Source of the DNA: Seison nebaliae
Taxonomy: Eukaryota
Assembly (NCBI GenBank): GCA_023231475.1
Contig: JALJEE010002335.1
Location: forward strand, 1 to 64,000
DNA length: 64,000 bases
Direction: 5' to 3'
Shown here piece by piece: positions 13,396 to 25,500 of this stretch (position 1 is the stretch's first letter; each line of letters begins with the position of its first letter). The notes under the pieces are model-generated. The model had not been told where the DNA came from, searched no databases, and saw only the letters and a list, made by a program, of their open reading frames with translations. The translations under genes were made by a program, and so were the position numbers.

Positions 13396-16300
13396 ATGAT
13401 TTTTTGGGGAAATATGGAAATTGTTCGGTTAATTATTCCTCTAATGATATTCTCCTATTTATCCACTTACCACTCGTTCAATATCATGAAAAATATTAAG
13501 AAGGGTTTCCCTATTTCGGAGACGGATGAAGATTTCGATGACGAATTTAAATTCCGAACAAAAGTTAGAAAAATATTGATATAACAAAAATAACAATACT
13601 TCTTAATGTTTACCTTCCTTCTCCTTCTTCTCCTCTTCATTCAACCTGAAAGAACACCCAACGACAACATAAGAAATATGGGCAAAATGTGTTAAACAAA
13701 TTAGAGGAACAACGACGATTTCTATTAACAAATCGTTCGAAGAAACATCCAATTATATCAGACGAACAAAATTTGTTATATGACTTAATGAATGGATATG
13801 AGAAGTCTGTTCGACCAATTTACGATTCTTCGCTCGCTGTTCAGCTCAAATTAGGATTATCTCTCGTGCAAATAATGGATGTAGTTTGAAATTTAATTTT
13901 CTCATTCTTTTCAAATCATTTCCATTCGTGATGGGATGAATAGGATGAAAAAAATCAAATACTAACAATGAATGCTTGGATGGATCAAGAATGGACGGAT
14001 GAGTATCTTCGTTGGATTCCAGATGATTACGGAAATTTGACAACTCTACGTCTTCCATGTCGTTTGGTTTGGTTGCCAGATATCGTATTATATAACAGGT
14101 AAGTGATGGTTGTTTAGGAAAATTTTTTGTTTTTCTTCCAACAATTCTCTCTGTGAACGTACTGTGTGAATTGAATGTGAACTCGATAAAATGTTTTCTT
14201 TTAATGAAAATATAAAACTTCTTCAATTTCCTTTCTCTTCCACTAATCAAGTGCAGAAGAATATACAACGGGATATATGCAGAGTCATGTTATGATTAAG
14301 CCAAACGGAACAGTATTTTGGCCGCCAATAGTCAAATTGAGATCGACCTGTAAAATCGATATAACTTATTTTCCTTTCGATGACCAAATATGTCATTTTA
14401 AGATGGGATCATGGATATATGATGGATTAAAAGTTAATTAATTATCACTATGACAATTGAAGAAAATAGCAATTGATTTGAAAATTCTTTTCAGGTAAAT
14501 CTCAGTGTAAGGAATCAAGGAATTGATTTGAAGAACTATGTGCAGAATGGTGAATGGCAATTGATAGATAATGCAGTTAGATGGCATGAAGAAGTATATC
14601 CATGTTGTCCCGAACCATATCAAGACATCACCTTCTATGTACATCTGCGACGACGAACATTGTTAATAAACATTTCGTTCAGATCTCCAATTAATTCTTA
14701 TTTGGATTATTTGTAGATATTATACATATAATGTTATTATTCCTTGCATATTATTATCAATATTAACATGTTTACAATTTTGGTTGCCACCGGAAACAGG
14801 TGAAAAAGTCACATTGGGACTAACCGTTTTATTGGCATTCTCTGTATTCATGCTTCTGATTGCTGAGAGTATGCCATCGACGAGTGAATTCGTACCATTA
14901 ATTGGTATTTATCTCACCTTCGTTATGACTATGACGTCGGCAAGTGTTGTTATGGCAGTCTTTATAATCAATATCCATCTCAGAGGAAATAAACATCGAC
15001 CCGTTTCTCTCTGGTTTCGACGTCTCATTTTAGGTCGATTAGCACCGTTACTCCGTGTTAATATTCGAGAACATCGAAGTTATTTTCATTAGTTTTTAAA
15101 AATTTTGAATTATATATTTCAAATATTTTTAGATTTAACAGATAGCACATCTATTAATTCATCGAAAGACGAAGGAATAAATGAAGAAACTAAATTTCAT
15201 AAATTCTCAGACAATTCTTATAATTATTCCCTGAATAAAACGAGGAAGAGTTCTATTAACCATATTGGATCGAACGATCGACCCTTTAAACAACATTCTC
15301 AAAACATTCCATTGAACGAAATCTCAAAAAGTTTCTCAACCCTCAACCAATTGTCAGTTGATCGAAATTTAGTTAATCGGAGACGAGAATCGTACAAGTC
15401 TCATCAGTTGAGAACAAAATGGATGCAGATGTGTGAGGAGTTGAAAGCGAAACAAGCACAAACGGAACGAATTGAAAATTTACAAAAGATTTTAGATGAA
15501 TCAACGATGTTATTAGGCGATCAAAAGAAATTTATAAATGTGCTAATTCAACAAAAACATAATCATGATTCTAATTGTATAATTGAAAATTGTAATATTT
15601 GCAAATATCTGAGTAGGTCTTCTAAATTGAATCGCTTATCGGTAAATGTTACACAGAGAACTGTTTCACCTCAAAATCCAAGGAAAAAATGTGTTGAACA
15701 TCAACCTTCTACCAATTGGAAACGTGTTGCAACAGCTGTAAATAAAGGACTTTTCGCTCATGATTCATATGTCGAATCAGAGAATTATAAATCAAAAAGA
15801 TCAAACAAATCTTCCAAAGACTATCAAACTGATCGTAATAATTCTGAATTAATGAATTATATCGGCTATCAGGAAGCTCCCATTAGAATGCCTTCAACTA
15901 CGACAATTCAAGTAGAAGATGATAATACTTATCCCAATACATATCTCACACTCTCTGACAAACAGTTAATGACAACGGATAATAATTTGAGAAATAATAG
16001 AAATTACGCATTTATTGAAAATCAAACTCATGGAAAAAAAGAGAAAATTCCTTTGATCAAAACGACTCTAATCGAACAGCAAATTCTGTCAACTAATGAC
16101 AGTTCGGTGACTAGTTCCTCCAATTTCAAAAATTCTTCGTATCATTCTTTAAAAAACTCTCACACGTTTAATTGCTGGAAAACTATGTCAATAGGCAATT
16201 GTTGTTATGGACGGAAAATGAAACGAGAAGATTTCATTCGAGAGATAAATGGAGAAGAAACTACACACCAATGGCATGATATTGCAGCAACTATTGATCG

Positions 16301-16448
16301 CTTCCTCTTCTGGGTCTATTTCATCAGTATGTGGGTATCCACCTTCTTCCTTCTCGTTGTCAAACCGTTATTGAATAAACTTTTATATTCCGATCTAAAT
16401 GATATCATCGAAAAACGGTTATCGAACCTTAACAGAAATGAACCATAA
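13396..16448 (+). CDS. Nicotinic acetylcholine receptor alpha subunit (alpha9/10-like, predicted cation-selective), 7 exons
   Basis: Cys-loop [15 protein letters not shown], loop B GSWIYDG, vicinal cysteines YPCCPEPY, M2 preceded by GEK, M4 after IDRFLFW. Exons: 13396-13563, 13653-13883, 13944-14098, 14252-14432, 14495-14661, 14717-15078, 15133-16448. Confidence 0.95.
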
Positions 16449-17173
16449 CACATTTCTATTAATTTATTTCGATAATTTATAGTTTTCTTCAATTGTTTTG
16501 TTAATAATAAAAAAATTTTAAAATATTTCACTTCAACAATTGAAGAAAGAATTTTAGAGATTAATTTAGTTGTTTAAATTCGTTATCTGAGATATCTTCA
16601 ACCTCATGTATTCGACATTCCGTCAGTGTCGTCACCAAAACCCGATCGATTTTGTTATGTTTTACGATGTTCTTTATCGGTTTCACCAAGTATTCTATTT
16701 TCGTTCTTGTCCATATCTGACGTCCACAAATACTACGTTCACGGTTCATCAATCTCAATCCTCCTACTGGGGGTAAGAGAAATCATATTGACAATTCCAG
16801 ACGGTTTTCAATGTAGTTAAATTGTATGTAGACTATTCTTTTTTTCCCTCCTGTAGTTACCACGCTAAGCTATATGGAGACAGGAGACTAACCAAAAACC
16901 TCTTTCCTAGAATTCTGACGTCAATAATAAAGAGTTAACTCTATAAATAAACTAGTGATAATTATTTCTGTTATTTACTAGAACATAAATGATTGAATAT
17001 GACTATTTTAGGATATAGAAAATTATAATCTTTCATAAAAATATCATAAAAATTAAACTGTCAAATTTTATTATGAGTAAGAAAAGAGAAATGTGGTTGG
17101 ATATTTAAAAATAATTATTGAAAATTAATAAATGAGAATGTGAAAACGGAAAATATTCCATTGAATATCAGTT

Positions 17174-19510
17174 TTAAAAAAATCGTCGAATAAAATGTGT
17201 CATCATAAAAAGAGAATGATAAGATAAATCGACAAATATCAGGAAGATGAGCATCCAACATGAATTGTAATGGAATGAAAGAACGTACGCTATAATAAAT
17301 AGATGAAAGAGACAAATGGGAATTTGAAGAATTCGTGATGGAGGACGACGACAAAAAATTTTAAGTGAAAAATATTTGTAAAAGAAATGTAATACTAATA
17401 ATGAGGCGATCTGTAAAATTGATATTGTGGAGATGAATGAATTTGATGAAATTATCTGATTCAATTCGAATAAAAGGAAATTGAGAAGAAATGTTACTTT
17501 AGTAAATGCGAAAGTTTCTGATGAGACGACGAACATTAGATATAAAGAAAATGCGATAAATAATTTTCTGAAATTGAACAGAAAAAAGATTGCAGCTATA
17601 ACGAGTAAGATTGGAGAATATGTTGTCGATTCGAAGAATTTGGTAAGAGAACTAGTAATGCGATAAAAGAGATTGATTAGTTGCATTGTGCACATCATCG
17701 CCAATAATGAGAGTAGAAGATGAATTGTGAAATGAATAACATGTGTTGGAATAGTCCAATAAATTTTGTTCAAATTTACCAGATCTAATCGTTGATGATA
17801 TTGGATGAAAAGGAGAATGAAAATAAGAAAAATAATTTTCTTTCTACAAATCCTCTTCTCATTGTACCAGCAAATGAATAATGATAATAACATATGATAA
17901 CGAAAATGTTGAGCGAAATAATATTTCCAGAACATTGATATTATTCGAATCCAATAGAATCTGATGGAAAGAGTATCATCATCTGAGTCGATTTGTAGAA
18001 CTCTTATTCGATAAGTTATATGAAATTCGGATCGACTTAAAATTATTGGGGATAATCGATTATGATTAATTTCTCGACTATCAAAAACCGGATCATTCAA
18101 TTGATGATAGTTAGTTCGTTTAAAGAAATAACTGTTCCACAAATAATCATATTGATCGATGATGATTAAATTCTTTGAATTAATTTCATATGCTTCCCAT
18201 GGGAAATTGATAGTAAAATTAATTTCATAAAAATGATTTTTATCAACGAAATTCGTTGATTGATAGAATAGTCGACTGATACGAGATAAATGAGAATCAT
18301 AAGATTCGTTATTATTCTCAATCAATAATTGATTAGTTGGTAAGAAATAATAATTGGATTGTCTCAAAATTAATTTGGTCAAGTTGGACGGTTTATCTAA
18401 TTTTAACATGAGATAAAGTTGATTTCGATGAATATTCTCATTCTTTTTGTTGTACATCTTTTGGAAATTGGACTTCTTATAACTATTATCGCCATTCGAA
18501 TTGAAAAAATGGAAATTAATAATCGATTGTTTTATTCTACTATCGTCATATAATAAATCATTTTTCTCATTCACTAAATCGATGAAACAACGAATTGTGG
18601 TTATGACAAGTTGATTGCACCAAACGATACTTTTATGATCAGCAGATAACCAGCAATTTGGTATGGCATTCGCGTTAGTAGATAAGAAATTAAGACCAAT
18701 TCTTTCATCCGATAATTTGGCAGTAAATGAATCGATCATATAATCCCGTTCACCACCATAAATTGATAAGAAATTGATGTTATGAAATTTTTTGAAAATT
18801 TGTTTATGATTATTTTCTGATGTAATAACTTGATATATTTCTCTCATAATTCGATCGGATTGAATCACTGGATGATAATTTGGAGTGGCTTGGGTGAGTA
18901 TGATGGATATATGACCATCATTCAAAGGACGATAAGAATTGACGATGGATGTTGATAGATGAATATTTGAATGAAGTAACAATCGTCCAACGATTCCTCC
19001 CATCGAATTTCCGATGATGATAAATTTCTTCTCTTTCAAAAAACGATGAACTTTCCCATAAAATACGTATCGAATGCATGCGGCGACGAATTCAGCCTGA
19101 TTAATAATTGTCGATCCAGAGAATGCAGAGAACTCTTCATTCAAATCGACACTGAAAAATATGAAACGGAATCGTTTGTTCGAATTCTCCAATTTCGATT
19201 TGGCAACTGATGCTAACGATCGTACTTGTTTATGAGAATCTGCGTTTCCAGTAATGAAGATGATGGGAATGGATTGTTCGACGATCGTCTCATTACACAA
19301 ATATCCTTCACAATATCGGTAGAAATGGTAATTGGGAAACTCTCTTTGGAGTTGTTCTGGTAAATGAATTTTATGATATTGCGGACGGTGATACATGTAA
19401 GTCATTCCACAATAATTTTTTTCGAAATAACGAAAATTGATAACGGTCGATAGAATTGTCCAAAGGAATATAAAAATTTGTGTGGTTAACTTAAGATTGA
19501 ATTGAATCAT
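17174..19510 (-). CDS. PGAP1: GPI inositol-deacylase (PGAP1/Bst1), single exon
   Basis: N-terminal TM, NYCGMTYMY..PQY, FITGNADSHKQVRSLAS, IGNSMGG nucleophile elbow, GGERD, SADHKSIVWCNQLV and several C-terminal TM helices. The first ATG is at 19510. Confidence 0.92.
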   Translation of the reverse strand: MIQFNLKLTTQIFIFLWTILSTVINFRYFEKNYCGMTYMYHRPQYHKIHLPEQLQREFPNYHFYRYCEGYLCNETIVEQSIPIIFITGNADSHKQVRSLASVAKSKLENSNKRFRFIFFSVDLNEEFSAFSGSTIINQAEFVAACIRYVFYGKVHRFLKEKKFIIIGNSMGGIVGRLLLHSNIHLSTSIVNSYRPLNDGHISIILTQATPNYHPVIQSDRIMREIYQVITSENNHKQIFKKFHNINFLSIYGGERDYMIDSFTAKLSDERIGLNFLSTNANAIPNCWLSADHKSIVWCNQLVITTIRCFIDLVNEKNDLLYDDSRIKQSIINFHFFNSNGDNSYKKSNFQKMYNKKNENIHRNQLYLMLKLDKPSNLTKLILRQSNYYFLPTNQLLIENNNESYDSHLSRISRLFYQSTNFVDKNHFYEINFTINFPWEAYEINSKNLIIIDQYDYLWNSYFFKRTNYHQLNDPVFDSREINHNRLSPIILSRSEFHITYRIRVLQIDSDDDTLSIRFYWIRIISMFWKYYFAQHFRYHMLLSLFICWYNEKRICRKKIIFLIFILLFIQYHQRLDLVNLNKIYWTIPTHVIHFTIHLLLSLLAMMCTMQLINLFYRITSSLTKFFESTTYSPILLVIAAIFFLFNFRKLFIAFSLYLMFVVSSETFAFTKVTFLLNFLLFELNQIISSNSFISTISILQIASLLVLHFFYKYFSLKIFCRRPPSRILQIPICLFHLFIIAYVLSFHYNSCWMLIFLIFVDLSYHSLFMMTHFIRRFF

Positions 19511-20203
19511 TTTTTTTTCGTCTATCTTTCGAAAATGCAAATTGGAAATGCGGAAATCGTTAACAATTATTCTAAAGCTTTCAATTCTCTTTGTTATGTC
19601 ATATGCAGTCGAACATGTCCATTTTTTTGAAAATTTATCAAAATTAAAAATCTCAACTCATCATTTCATCAAAATCTCTAACATTCAAAATTACTAAAAA
19701 ACTGTTTTTGTTTCAAATTTTAAGCTTCGTCATTCCTGAAAAATTCTTCCCCCATCATCACTAATATCCATTATTTTTTCATTCTTAATTATTATCATCT
19801 TTTAAATATATCTAATAAGAAAGTTAGTTAACCAACGAATAACGTTAATCTTGGCAGCTATTGCTCGAATTGATAGTGCTTCTTTAAAGTACATCTTCAA
19901 AAAGATTTCTTGCACTTTCTCATCAATCTTAATGCTTTTTGTCATTTTAAGAACGATACAAACTATTAACAACGTGCAATTTGGATTTCAATTGAAATTT
20001 AAAGTTATTAATGACTGGGCTAAAGTTTGTCCGAGAATTTTTTTAACAGCTATTTTCGAAAACTTAGAGAATTCCTATGTCCGAGATATTTCTTTACGCA
20101 CTGTATATTACTAGTTGTGGAAGAAAGTCTACAATTGGCTTTTTTCCTTTGGAAAAAATTTGAAATTCTTTTGATTTGAGCTTTTTCATTTATTTTTGAG
20201 GTA

Positions 20204-20404
20204 ATGTCTGAAGGGCGTTCGAAAAATAGTCAACTCAGTGAACTTTACCCGGTAACGGCCAATTCCAGCGTATATGTATCAAAGAGACTCTCCAAGGCAA
20301 CAGTATTGACCAACACCGACAAACCAGGTTGTTGTCGAAGATTCACTGATTATGTTGTTAATCTATTATGTCCAAAAAAGAGAGTTTTTATTCATAAGGT
20401 ATGA
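20204..20404 (+). CDS. Possible 66-aa small protein of unknown function
   Basis: ATG-started ORF with more coding-like base composition than its flanks. Contains a GCCRR motif and basic C-terminus. No recognisable homology. Confidence 0.35.
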   Translation: MSEGRSKNSQLSELYPVTANSSVYVSKRLSKATVLTNTDKPGCCRRFTDYVVNLLCPKKRVFIHKV

Positions 20405-20611
20405 ATACTGATTACTAAAGAGAGCTTACTAAATAATATATTTATTTTTTTTTAAATATTTTCATTATGAAACATCTGTTTATTGATTAATTATTATTGA
20501 AAGAGATCGAAAGATTAATTAAAAAGTTCAAAAAAAGCAGTAAAAGATGTTGAAAGGAAAATATTTATGTAAATAGTACAATTGATAGATTAAAGAGAAT
20601 CTTTTTGATAT

Positions 20612-21916
20612 TTAATCATTGTTCGATGGAGTTAATGTTTCCACCATTAATCGAAAGTTTCTTGAACATTCTTTAAAATTGAGAATAAGTCGATCCATCG
20701 AATACAAATTCTCCACTGCCGCTTTATTTTTACTAGGGATAAAACTTGTTGCACTTTCCCTCTTGCTAATGGATTGGGTCAAACGTTTCATAATTGATTG
20801 ACTATAAATGAAGAAGTACCAGATATGATTACGAATTTTTATTAATCTTTGTAGTTTCTTCTCCATAATCGTTCTTTCTGTATGAGACAACTCAAATAAT
20901 TTGTCCATTTTAGCCAGAACTATATTGGACACGTTATGACAACTGACCAATCCTTTATATTGTCCTTCTTTCGCTAAATTCATCTCTTCTCTCAATATAT
21001 TCACTTGTGTCTCATAAGCGACTTTACTTTGTACCATTTTAATGTAACTCTGCAAATTATCGAGGAGAGACTTATCTGATCTAGTGAACTTTTTCAATTG
21101 AGGTTGCGAACTAAAACTAGACAATTTCCAATCCCTTGTCTCTAATTTCCGCAATTTGGTTACCATTCCTATCGTACTTACTTTAATTGGTGGTGGGAGT
21201 TTAAATTCGACCTTCGCTAACATTCGTCCGATTTCAATAGAATTAATAATTTCTTGTTTAAACCATCCGGTAAGAACTTTCATCTCGTCTTGTAATTTAT
21301 GTAATTCCTTCTCACTCAATCCCAATGATATGGTGTGTTTCTCTAGAAAGATCTGTCCTGCATCACAGTTATATTTCATTTGATCCATATTACTATGTAA
21401 TTCTGATACGATTTCTTTATAATGCATTTTCAAGAATTCCGCGGTTAATTTCCTCGATTCCACACTATCTAGTGAAACTATAATATTTTTCAAATCTTTT
21501 TCGAATTGGCTCTTCTTCTGACGTTCGATAAATGAAACACTTCGAACACCACCTTCCTGTCTCTTAATTTCTTCCATTTCGTCACGTTTCTCTTTTATTC
21601 GAAATGTCATCCGATCACTTATACGAATTAGAGAACTGATATTCTCGTCGAGTGTTCTGACTTTGATTAAACTCTCAATCTTTTTAGCCATCTGTTTCTT
21701 TTTCGGATAAGTTTCTTTCAATCGCTGTACTTCATCCGCTATTTCTCTATGCTGTCTATCAATTTCATACAACAGAAGACGACGGTCTTTTGCTAAAATG
21801 TTAAATTGACGATGTTTATTCGCTAGAAGACTTTTAATGAATGCCACTTTACTGAAATTCTCATCTTCACAAACTGGATTGCGAACAATAATCTCCGACT
21901 TATCAAAAATTCCCAT
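20612..21916 (-). CDS. Intronless coiled-coil protein (434 aa), function unknown
   Basis: Long ATG-started ORF rich in K/E/L/I/M with helical heptad character. No family motif recognised. Confidence 0.75.
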   Translation of the reverse strand: MGIFDKSEIIVRNPVCEDENFSKVAFIKSLLANKHRQFNILAKDRRLLLYEIDRQHREIADEVQRLKETYPKKKQMAKKIESLIKVRTLDENISSLIRISDRMTFRIKEKRDEMEEIKRQEGGVRSVSFIERQKKSQFEKDLKNIIVSLDSVESRKLTAEFLKMHYKEIVSELHSNMDQMKYNCDAGQIFLEKHTISLGLSEKELHKLQDEMKVLTGWFKQEIINSIEIGRMLAKVEFKLPPPIKVSTIGMVTKLRKLETRDWKLSSFSSQPQLKKFTRSDKSLLDNLQSYIKMVQSKVAYETQVNILREEMNLAKEGQYKGLVSCHNVSNIVLAKMDKLFELSHTERTIMEKKLQRLIKIRNHIWYFFIYSQSIMKRLTQSISKRESATSFIPSKNKAAVENLYSMDRLILNFKECSRNFRLMVETLTPSNND

Positions 21917-22519
21917 TATTCAAAATTCTTCTTAAAATTTCAAATTTATTTCAACTAATTTTTTGTTGATGTCAACCGTTTTATTTTGACTAGTCAATGC
22001 TTATATTGTCAATAATTGATGATAATATTAGACTTTAGAAAGTTTAAACAATCCAACAGTAATTTTCCAGTAACATTATGTTTACAGAGTCATTAATCAG
22101 TTAATGTTTCATAATTTGGAAAATTTTTTTATTTAATAAATTACAACGATTAATACAAATGAATAAAGAAGCATTATTCTTAAATAGTACTATAAAATTA
22201 CATTTATGAATGAAGTAATTCGAATAACTGAATTTGTAGAAGTTCGTGCAAACACAATATGAATTTCTTTTAGAATATTTAAAATATAAATTGCTAATAA
22301 ATCTAAAATATGATAAAATGTTGCTTATAATATTCGACAATTGAGTCGATGAGAGAATTTAAGAACAATGTTTTCCTTAAAAAATTCGTAAACATATTCC
22401 TTCATTGAATGTGTTTAAAATCAATAGAATATCGATTGACAACTAAATAAATTATTGGAAGAATTAGGTTGATGAACAGATAAAGAAGAAGAAAAATAAA
22501 AATGATCAGAATAGTTAAA

Positions 22520-25500
22520 TTAGAATGTGTTACAAAAACTGTCTTTCTGATTGTTATTTTTATCCGATTTACTATTGTTTTGTGGAAATGTGGATTGAAT
22601 GTAGGACTGAATATCTCGTTCTTTTTGTATTCCATTTTGCAACGATTCCAATGGAATTGTGATGGCATTAAATTTATTTGATCTCATTTCCAATATATGA
22701 TGCCACAATCGACATACATCTGATTGTCTGTTACATTGATAATATTTAATTTTTAATATATAATATTAATATAATAGGAAAATAACTTTAAACGTCTTTC
22801 CTTATCAACATTCGCCATTTGAACTAATTGTTCTAATGAAATTTTCTCATTCAAATCGTTCATTGAGAATCCTTCGTTTAACAACTAAAAATTTATAAAT
22901 AATATTAAACATAAAATTCACATAGAAATATTAACATAATGGATAGATGATTCCGAACATTGAAGTTTCAATAATAAACTAATAAATTCTTTTTGAATTG
23001 GTGAAAATTCGGTTGGATTCGATGAATCGAAGCGACTCAACGTTCGAATTCCACTGTCATTCGTGTCACTGTTAATTGTTAATGGGAAATGCATTAACTG
23101 ATGTTGTTGTTCTTGTTTTAATAAATTATCATTAAATGTTGATTTTAATTGATCAATTCCTTTTGTTAATCGATTATCATTTTGTGTAAGTGTCGAATTG
23201 ACTTGATCATTGTTGGCTAGAGGTGTATTCACATGAACCACAGAAAATCGGCCAATCTCCTTCTTCTCACGAACATTCGGATGATGATTCAATCCAAATA
23301 TTAAATCACTTACATTCTCTTCATTCTCATCTGAGACATTTGTCGTTCCTGTTGTAGACGTACTAACAATCTGTAAAACTGAAGGCGGTTCAATTTTCTT
23401 ATTAGCATCGTCTAACATTCTCAATGATTTCAAATTTTTTAAACATTTCGAAATTGCTTTTGATAAGAAATTATTTAAGGCAAAAACACGATGAGGTTTC
23501 ACGTCCCATATATTCCAGAATTTCTGCACAGCAACTGGTAATTTGAGGAGAACTTCCTTCACCAAATCTTCTTCATTCAGAATTTTTCTCAGTTTCTGTT
23601 TGAATTGTGGTTCGTTATTAGGAAGATGAATGGCAATGACAACACAATCGAATAATTCTTCTAAAGTTTTCTTCAATGAAGAATTAGGTTTATTCAACGG
23701 ACTCGTCTTCATCGTTTGACTCCATTGATTTATGATATCATCTTTATAACGATTTAAAACATTATGAAGCATTTCTTGTTGATGTTGTTGAAATCTCATT
23801 TCAGGAGGAAACAACAAATTCGTTTTCATTGTTTCTATAGTTCTACCATTTTTATCATTCGAAATATAACTATTGAACGTATTTTTCGTCATTCCCAAAT
23901 TTGGAGATTTAGTGAATATCATCGATTTATCTTTTATTGATTGATGGTCGATATTTCTATTGAATGTTGATTGTCCTCTATCTCTCAAGTCGATGTTAGT
24001 AGAACTGCTCCTAAACGGTTTATTCAGATCTTCACTTGCCGCTGGTATCGAAGTGGAACTACAAACACTTTCATGATCAGAATCTTCGAAATCACTAAAA
24101 TTAAAATTATTCTCTCGATCAACTCTAAAAATTTTGGGAAATTCTCAAATAAAACGTAATTAATAGGAAATCAAACGTAGCTTCTGACGCTTTTAAATCT
24201 CGATTAATCTGTTTCTCTTCTGATTTCTGACGTTCATTTCTTTTTATAATCAATAAATAATCAGTTATTTTTAGCAAATAAATCAAAAAATAATCAAAAT
24301 AAATAATAAAATAAATAATATAATAATTTTGAAAGAATATACGAAACTTAATTCCTTTCCGAGAATAATGAGAGAAGTGAGAATTATATTTGTTGTAATT
24401 CAAATTTCGAAGAATTGCAAATTTAGTAATAAAAGAATGTTGTAATAATTGTTCAGCTGTTGATCGTTTATTCGCTTCAAATACAATACATCTGTAAAAT
24501 ATGATAAAATCATGAATTATGATACAATTGATGGAAAGAACTTATCAATAAAATCGGCTAATAATGGATCGATATCATTCGGATATTCTGGATGTAATTC
24601 ATTCGATGCCACTTTCACCATAATCTGATATTCGGATATCTGGAATTAATATAAAATAAAATTTTAAATTTTATTAGAAAAAAGAAGAACTTCTGGAAAT
24701 GGAAAATGTCCAATTAACATTTCGATTATTGTACATCCCAATGACCAGATATCAGCCGATAACGAATACCCACCTTTCTTTACATCAATTACTTCCGGTG
24801 CCATATAGCCAACAGTTCCTTTACATGTATTTGCCATATTGATACCAGCCAATCGTTTTGACGTTCCGAAATCAGTTATTTTTATGACGTCATCTGATTT
24901 AGCGAAGGAATTAATTAGAATATTCGATCCTTTCAAATCTCGATGAATTATTTTCTCGTTGTGTAGATAAGATAATCCTTCCAACATTTGTTTAATATAA
25001 ACAGCATTAATAGTGCAACATTTAATTGGACCAAAGAGACCATCAACTCGAACCAATTCCGATAAAGTTCCACCACTGATATATTCGATGAAAACTTGAA
25101 GGATTTCTGATGATTTCGTTTCAACGATTTGAGAGCCTAAATATTTTACAATATTTTTATGTTTCAATTTCGAATGAAGTCGAATTTCTTCTTGAATTGG
25201 TTGAGGTCCATTCCCGGCAATTAAATGACAAGGAATTTCCTTCACAGCAATTTGTTTCCCATTCGATTTGTCAATACCGAGAAATACAGTTCCAAAAGCG
25301 CCACGACCCAATATCATTCGATGTTTATTCTCGTCGTCATAAGCATAATCGAATTGAATTTCTGGTTGACGATCATATGAGATAATGCTTTCATAATCTG
25401 ATGCACAAGTTTTTTGAATTCTTTGTTTCAATCTAGATTGTATTTCTGAATGCATAATATTTCGAATAATTGATGATGGAAATATAATGAGATGTTCATC

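Noticed and set aside
16561..16900. Slightly GC-richer island between nAChR and PGAP1
   Set aside because: Only short ORFs without motifs. It may be a decayed repeat but this cannot be supported.
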